Source of the DNA: Candidatus Micrarchaeota archaeon
GTDB lineage: Archaea > Micrarchaeota > Micrarchaeia > Anstonellales > Bilamarchaeaceae
Reading direction: 5' to 3'
DNA: 64,000 bases
Assembly (NCBI GenBank): GCA_043827025.1
Contig: JBDRPL010000032.1
Span: 1 to 64,000 of the forward strand
A program made the translations under genes and the position numbers. The notes below the pieces were generated by a model that had not been told where the DNA came from, did not search any database, and worked only from the letters and a program-made list of their open reading frames with translations. Position 1 is the stretch's first letter; every line of letters starts with the position of its first letter. Below are positions 58,598 through 64,000 of the stretch, in pieces.

Positions 58598-59101
58598 TTG
58601 GACAATGCATTGTTCATCGGAAGATTCCAGCCATTTCATCTAGGCCATTTCAAGATGGTTGAATATCTTTTGAAAGGACATGATCATGTATCCCTTGTGA
58701 TCGGCAGCTCCCAGGAGTCTTTCACCGAAAAGAATCCATTTACCTTTGATGAGCGGAAGCAAATGGTACTCTCTTGTTTTCCAGACTGCAAAAGAATACT
58801 CGTACTTGGACTTGAAGATTCTCCAAATGACAATGAAGTATGGATACGAAATTTGCTGTCTGTTGCCCCAAAATTCAATGTTGCCTATTCGCACAATCCG
58901 CTTGTGCAGTCTCTTCTGCGGGAGAAAGGATTTACTGTCAAAGACATTCTTTTCCAGCGTGAAATGTATGAAGGCACCAGGATACGAAAACTTCTTGGGC
59001 AAGGAAAAGGTTTAGGCCTAGTTCCGACTCCTGTTCTTGATTATCTTAAAAAAATCAAAGGAATGGAAAGATTAAAAAAATTAGGGCATGGAACTCTCTG
59101 A
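58598..59101 (+). CDS. nadM: Nicotinamide-nucleotide adenylyltransferase
   Basis: IGRFQPFHLGH, IGSSQ..NPFT..ER, GTRIR. Confidence 0.9.
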   Translation: MDNALFIGRFQPFHLGHFKMVEYLLKGHDHVSLVIGSSQESFTEKNPFTFDERKQMVLSCFPDCKRILVLGLEDSPNDNEVWIRNLLSVAPKFNVAYSHNPLVQSLLREKGFTVKDILFQREMYEGTRIRKLLGQGKGLGLVPTPVLDYLKKIKGMERLKKLGHGTL

Positions 59102-60115
59102 AACATCTACCTTTTCTATGTCTGTTATTCTTGCCCCATATCCCTTTCCTGTTATTTTCACCTGAACAGTTTCATTGATCAGAAGTTCTTTTCCTGAAAT
59201 CAGTTCAGTTGGCTTTACGTATCCTTCGATTTTTACTACATAAACATATTTGTCTTTGCCTTCTGTTTCAACCTCTAATATCTCGTCTGCAGCTGCAACA
59301 TAAGTTGACTCAGGGAATTCGATTTCATACCCGAAATCTGCAATTATCTTCTCCTTGTTGGTGAAGTTCTCATTAACTGTCATGCTTTTTTCGCTTATGA
59401 ATTTCACATATTCAAGGCCTTTTTTTTGCTGTATTATTTGAGCATCCAGAGGAACTTTGAATGTGACATAATTCCTTTTAGAGTAGTTTTCTGTATTCTG
59501 CATTGAGTTTCTGTTTTCCCAGGGTATTGAATATTCTTTGACATGCGACTTTAACTTCATTATTGTTGCATTTGCAAGGGCTTCGGACGTGCTAGGTACC
59601 AGTGTTGCAGAAGTTAGGCTGGTTATCTTATCTTGTACAAAGTTAAATGCAAGCGCGATTTTTACCTGGTCTCCAACTTTGAAAATAGGTTCGATGTTCA
59701 ACGATATCGGAGTTATGCTGTTTTGCACTTCAATTCCAGATGCATTGATGAAAGATGGAAGGTTGATTTCCCCCTTTGCATATGCAGTAATGTTATTTGC
59801 CTTTACCTGCGCATATATTGCGAGCATGTCTTCTGCATCTTTCAGAACTACTATGACTCCGTTCGGGCTGTTTTGGACGTCTTCCACTCTTGAATCAGAC
59901 ATGAGATATTCCAATTGGCTCATGTTATTGGTATTGGCCGTAAAATAATTCCTGTATCCAAGTATCGTGGCTTCAACTTCTGCGTTTCCTGTTTTTTCAG
60001 TCAGGTCAGCAGATTTCTGCGCATTGCCTTGTCCGCTTCCGAATGCAAACGGTTCTAGGATGAACATCAGCACAACTGCAATAGTTATTATTACGATTAT
60101 TGTCTTTTTATCCAT
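59081..60115 (-). CDS. Hypothetical membrane-anchored protein
   Basis: N-terminal TM and beta-rich body. Confidence 0.75.
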   Translation of the reverse strand: MDKKTIIVIITIAVVLMFILEPFAFGSGQGNAQKSADLTEKTGNAEVEATILGYRNYFTANTNNMSQLEYLMSDSRVEDVQNSPNGVIVVLKDAEDMLAIYAQVKANNITAYAKGEINLPSFINASGIEVQNSITPISLNIEPIFKVGDQVKIALAFNFVQDKITSLTSATLVPSTSEALANATIMKLKSHVKEYSIPWENRNSMQNTENYSKRNYVTFKVPLDAQIIQQKKGLEYVKFISEKSMTVNENFTNKEKIIADFGYEIEFPESTYVAAADEILEVETEGKDKYVYVVKIEGYVKPTELISGKELLINETVQVKITGKGYGARITDIEKVDVSESSMP

Positions 60116-60247
60116 TGGAATTACCTTCAAAATTTGTATTTTTTGTCTCAAACCTTAATTAGATACTATGAACAAATCTTTTAAATTGTATACATCAATA
60201 TTTTGCTCTTGATGGAAGTAGTTCCAGAACTGTTTAGCGGTGATTAT

Positions 60248-60889
60248 TTGGCATTAAATAAAGGAGATTTCATAAAGATAGAGTATGATGCATATGACGA
60301 TGACGGTAGGCTTTTTGATTCTACTAGTGGGGACATTGCAAAGTCCCTGCATGGAAAAGAAGGTGCAATGCTCGTAGTTTTCGGATTTGATAAACTGCTT
60401 TCTGGTCTTGAAGACGCGCTTCATGGGATGAAAAAAGGGGAAAAAATAGAATTGGACATCCCTGCTGACAAGGCTTTCGGCCAGAGGAACAAGAATCTCC
60501 TTCGCATAATGTCGCGCTCTGATTTCATAAGAAATGAGATCAATCCAGTTCCAGGGCTCACAGTTCATGTGGATACTGAGCAGGGAAGGCAGTATGGCAT
60601 CATAAAATCCTCCAGCGGAGGAAGAGTGCTTGTTGATTTTAATCATCCCCTTGCAGGAAGGAATGTTAAATATTCGCTTACCCTTGTGGATGTTGTCACA
60701 GATACAAAAAGCAAGACTGAGGAGATATTGAAGGACATAAAGCTTGAAGGCGAAGTGAATCTGGACAAGGATGTGCTTTCAATCACCCTAAAACCAACGG
60801 AACATTTCGACTCTGCCAAAAAGACGCTTGAATTGGTAATCAAGAATGTCATGCCTGATGTAAAGACAATAAACGTCTCGGCAAAGTGA
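60248..60889 (+). CDS. Archaeal long-type FKBP/SlyD peptidyl-prolyl isomerase
   Basis: GDFIKIEY, FDST, AFGQR, GRVLVDFNHPLAG; TTG start after ggtgat. Confidence 0.9.
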   Translation: MALNKGDFIKIEYDAYDDDGRLFDSTSGDIAKSLHGKEGAMLVVFGFDKLLSGLEDALHGMKKGEKIELDIPADKAFGQRNKNLLRIMSRSDFIRNEINPVPGLTVHVDTEQGRQYGIIKSSSGGRVLVDFNHPLAGRNVKYSLTLVDVVTDTKSKTEEILKDIKLEGEVNLDKDVLSITLKPTEHFDSAKKTLELVIKNVMPDVKTINVSAK

Positions 60890-60893
60890 GCAG

Positions 60894-61661
60894 ATGTGCA
60901 AACTCTGCGATTTTTCGAATAATCCCTCTTATTCTTCTTTCATAGATAAAATGACTGAACAGGATTCCCTGCGCATGAAATTCACCCATAAGATGGTTGA
61001 GGAGCTTTCAGTAATCAAGGAAAGATGCTTCTCTTCCATTAAATTGCCTGTCAAACTGGTGTATCCTATGTTCGAGGCGCGTGCAGCATTTGCAGTCCCA
61101 AATAATTACTTCCAGAATCTTCTAGTCGATGGCGAAAGGGCGAGCGTCATGTTTTCGCACGGTTCCATGCGTTCTGTATTTTTTGCAGGCAGCCGTCTTA
61201 TCCTGTTTTCCAAGAATGTGAATTTCAAGGATGGAAAAGAGTATTTTACATCCTTTCTTCTTTGCCATTTTGATTCCAATGAATATGATTTTTCTCTCAC
61301 CGAGGATGATGAGATTTTGATGCATGTAGACTCGCACAAGTCCTTGAAAAACCTGATAACTGGCAAGCTGGAAAAACGCCAAATACAATTCAACTTCACT
61401 GGCAAATCAGTTATGAATAGGATTGTCTCCAGAGAACAGGTGAAAACCTCCTCGCAGTTTACAAATGTCTATTCAAAATATGGAGGAGTTGACACAAAGG
61501 TCCAATCCATTGACCTTGAAGGTTATGCGATAACAGTTCAGCATTTTTCGCCTCACCCATATATGCTCCAGCTTTTCGAATCAGCAGGTTTTGCTTCGGC
61601 AAGGGACATGCAGGAGCATGTCATTGATTATTTTAAGGAAAAGAAGGCAGGAATGCAATAA
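60894..61661 (+). CDS. Hypothetical protein
   Basis: 255-aa ORF with N-terminal CxxC, closely downstream of the FKBP gene. Confidence 0.7.
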   Translation: MCKLCDFSNNPSYSSFIDKMTEQDSLRMKFTHKMVEELSVIKERCFSSIKLPVKLVYPMFEARAAFAVPNNYFQNLLVDGERASVMFSHGSMRSVFFAGSRLILFSKNVNFKDGKEYFTSFLLCHFDSNEYDFSLTEDDEILMHVDSHKSLKNLITGKLEKRQIQFNFTGKSVMNRIVSREQVKTSSQFTNVYSKYGGVDTKVQSIDLEGYAITVQHFSPHPYMLQLFESAGFASARDMQEHVIDYFKEKKAGMQ

Positions 61662-61671
61662 TCATGTTCAC

Positions 61672-62697
61672 TTATTTTGGCTGCTGCTGGGTTATGCAGT
61701 GTATGGATCCCATCCCCCAGACAAGAGGTTCGCAATAAATCGGAACTATTTTTCTTTTTGGGAAGCATTCCTCAAGTATGAGTATTGCCTTTTCATCATT
61801 GTCATGTTCGAATACTGGTAATAAAACTATTTCATTGCCTATGTAGAAATTTGCATAGCTTGCAGGAAGCTGTCCCATAGGCCCACTTACCGTTCCTGGC
61901 ATTGGAAGCTCTTTCATTTCCAGCTTTTCACCGTCTTGGTCTTTGGAGTTTAGTAATATGTCCCAATTCTTTTTCAGTGCCTGGTAATTGGTGTTTGTTT
62001 TGTTATCTTCCCTAATACATAGCACAGTTCTTTCATCAACAAATCTTGCTATGTCGTCTATATGCCCGTCAGTATCATCGCCTGCAATTCCTTCTTTTAG
62101 CCAGATGATATCCGTAAGCCCGAGATTGTCCTTGAGCTTCTGTTCAATTTCCTTTCTGTTCAGCTTATTATTTCGGTTTTTGTTAAGCAGGCACTGCTCT
62201 GTTGTAAGCATAGTGCCTTTTCCATTGACTTCTATTGATCCTCCCTCAAGAATCATGTTTGGTTTTATTACCTCGATTTTACCCAATATCGGCAATATCC
62301 TGTCAACGACTTTATCATCTTCCATTAGTTCATCATATTTTTGGCCATAGGCATTGTATGTCCATTTAGTTATCTTCAGTTTGTTATTATCTTTCACGAA
62401 AATAGGGCCGTAATCACGTATCCACACGTCTGCAGTTTTGATTTGGTGGATGAGTATATTCTTCTTCACTCCAATTTCATTAAGCATTCTTTGAACTCTG
62501 GATTCTGTTTTTTCATCATCAACAAGCAGGTGCACCTTTTCTCTTTTATGCAACGCATCCATTATTTCAATGTAAATCTTCTCCACTTTAGGGAGTATCT
62601 GTCTTGGAAAACTTTCCTGGTTTTTTGGCCATGCAAGCCATGTTGCCTCATGAGGTTCCCATTCTGCAGGCATTCTATTTTTTGTCATACGATTCAC
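61672..62697 (-). CDS. aguA: Agmatine deiminase
   Basis: MPAEWEPH, WIRDYGP, EGGSI, DTDGHID, ASYANF, GSIHCITQQQP. Confidence 0.95.
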   Translation of the reverse strand: MNRMTKNRMPAEWEPHEATWLAWPKNQESFPRQILPKVEKIYIEIMDALHKREKVHLLVDDEKTESRVQRMLNEIGVKKNILIHQIKTADVWIRDYGPIFVKDNNKLKITKWTYNAYGQKYDELMEDDKVVDRILPILGKIEVIKPNMILEGGSIEVNGKGTMLTTEQCLLNKNRNNKLNRKEIEQKLKDNLGLTDIIWLKEGIAGDDTDGHIDDIARFVDERTVLCIREDNKTNTNYQALKKNWDILLNSKDQDGEKLEMKELPMPGTVSGPMGQLPASYANFYIGNEIVLLPVFEHDNDEKAILILEECFPKRKIVPIYCEPLVWGMGSIHCITQQQPK

Positions 62698-63533
62698 TTT
62701 TTTGTTAGCCGTCCGTAGGTTTCAGGCCTTCTGTGTTTGAAGAACATCCAGCCTTCTTCAATTCTCTTTCCCAATTCTAGATCCACATTTGCATAGATTA
62801 TCTCTTCCTTTTCTTTGCCTTTTGCAAGTAATGTGCCGAACTGTGAATATACAAAAGAATTGCCCCAGAATTTGGTATCTACTTCCTTTCCTACTCTGTT
62901 TATAGTTGCGACAATTGTTGCATTTGCAATGGAATGCCCACGTTGAACTGCTTCCCAAGCTTCCTGCCAATTGCCTTCAAATTGTTTTGTGTTGCCTGGC
63001 AATCCTATTGCAGTTGGGTAGAAGATTATCTGAGCGCCCATCAATGAAACTATTCTTGCTGCTTCAGGGAACCATTGGTCATAGCATATCAATACTGCAA
63101 TCTTTCCATATTTTGTCTCAAATACACTGTATCCCAGATCGCCTTTCTCAAAATAATCCTGCTCGTAGAAATTTGGATCATGGGGTATGTGCATTTTTCG
63201 ATATTTACCCAGAAGCTCTCCATTCTCATCAAAGATCATTGCAGTGTTGTAGAACTTTTTCCCGTCCTTTTCATAGATCGAGCCTGCCACTAGCACCACT
63301 TTGTTTTCCTTTGCTGCCTTTGATAACTCTTTTTCAATCGGGCCAGGTATTGTTTCAGCATGTTTCTCTGCATCGTATTTTTTCCTTGTTGGAAAGTAGA
63401 CGGATGTGAAAACTTCAGGAAGCGCAACTATCTTTGCTCCTTTTTGTGCAGCTTCCTTTATTCTTTTCACTGCTTTTTGGACATTTTCTGCCTGGTCTTC
63501 AGACATGCTCATTTGTATAAGTGCGATCTTCAT
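62694..63533 (-). CDS. aguB: N-carbamoylputrescine amidase (carbon-nitrogen hydrolase)
   Basis: LPE, YRKMHIP, ICYDQWFPE, YPTAIG; adjacent to aguA. Confidence 0.9.
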   Translation of the reverse strand: MKIALIQMSMSEDQAENVQKAVKRIKEAAQKGAKIVALPEVFTSVYFPTRKKYDAEKHAETIPGPIEKELSKAAKENKVVLVAGSIYEKDGKKFYNTAMIFDENGELLGKYRKMHIPHDPNFYEQDYFEKGDLGYSVFETKYGKIAVLICYDQWFPEAARIVSLMGAQIIFYPTAIGLPGNTKQFEGNWQEAWEAVQRGHSIANATIVATINRVGKEVDTKFWGNSFVYSQFGTLLAKGKEKEEIIYANVDLELGKRIEEGWMFFKHRRPETYGRLTKK

Positions 63534-63617
63534 GCTTGTGCCTCTTTGGAATGCATTTTCCTCTATCTGTTGTTTCAAGTTATAGTTTTAAAAAAGTTAT
63601 GGGGTAAATAGGATCTA

Positions 63618-64000
63618 ATGTCAGTTTTAATCACTAATTCTGGAAAACAGGGGGGACAACGCGGAGCGCCAAACGGTGCACAAGGAAACTTGCAGAAGCA
63701 TTTGTTGCCAAAGGATCCAAGGTCATCGGATTGCAGCGAATTATCTTTCTCAGCGCATGGGCTTTCTGTTGCGGTCTCAGTTACCAGAGGGGCAAGAAAT
63801 GAGGTCTGCCAGGATGTTGCAATTGCCCATGCTTCAGAACAATTCGCGCTTTTTGGAGTTCTTGATGGTTACAGAAATCAAGGCCACGTTCTTTCAAGAT
63901 TACTTGGAGATGGGATCCTGGATGCGTGTGGCAACTTGCCTCCTAGAGAGGTTTCACTTTTCAAAATAATGGAGAGGGCTCTTTCTTCTATATCTGGAGA
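63618..64000 (+). CDS. PP2C-like phosphatase (partial, runs off the window)
   Basis: Hand translation contains TRGARNEVCQD and LFGVLDG, resembling PPM motifs 1 and 2. Confidence 0.55.
   Translation, partial: MSVLITNSGKQGGQRGAPNGAQGNLQKHLLPKDPRSSDCSELSFSAHGLSVAVSVTRGARNEVCQDVAIAHASEQFALFGVLDGYRNQGHVLSRLLGDGILDACGNLPPREVSLFKIMERALSSISG

Noticed and set aside
63676..63969. 97-aa ORF in the track
   Set aside because: An alternative frame open from ATG 63618 to the window end carries PP2C-like motifs and is preferred.

Overview
Gene-dense archaeal chromosome segment, most consistent with a DPANN lineage, probably Micrarchaeota (an inference from gene content and style, not a database result). 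Core genes include a RecJ-like DHH protein, RtcA, NAC, eS1, uS15, eS24, eS31, aIF5A, Rpo11, LonB, TopoVI A/B, Cdc6/Orc1, Nth, Hjc, Kae1, Lsm, SMC, NadM and AguA/AguB. The window holds the lower Aeropyrum-type modified mevalonate pathway (Mvk, AcnX large and small subunits, UbiD, UbiX, Ipk) and two intron-containing tRNAs (Thr-GGT, Ala-GGC). Five accessory signals stand out. (1) A small hairpin element occurs both as the tRNA-Thr intron and as a 79-bp insertion with a 15-bp direct repeat at the 5' end of tRNA-Ala, and both tRNAs also have duplicated 3' ends 82-86 bp away. (2) A ~320-nt highly structured non-coding segment lies next to a PolB2-associated-like small gene, a palindromic operator and cdc6. 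(3) A Cys-rich lipoprotein with lytic-transglycosylase (SLT) motifs sits in tandem with a ~1700-aa orphan membrane protein. (4) One protein carries about 80 histidines. (5) Two paralogous Zn-ribbon genes are wedged between ubiX and ubiD. No CRISPR array, rRNA, transposase or integrase was seen.
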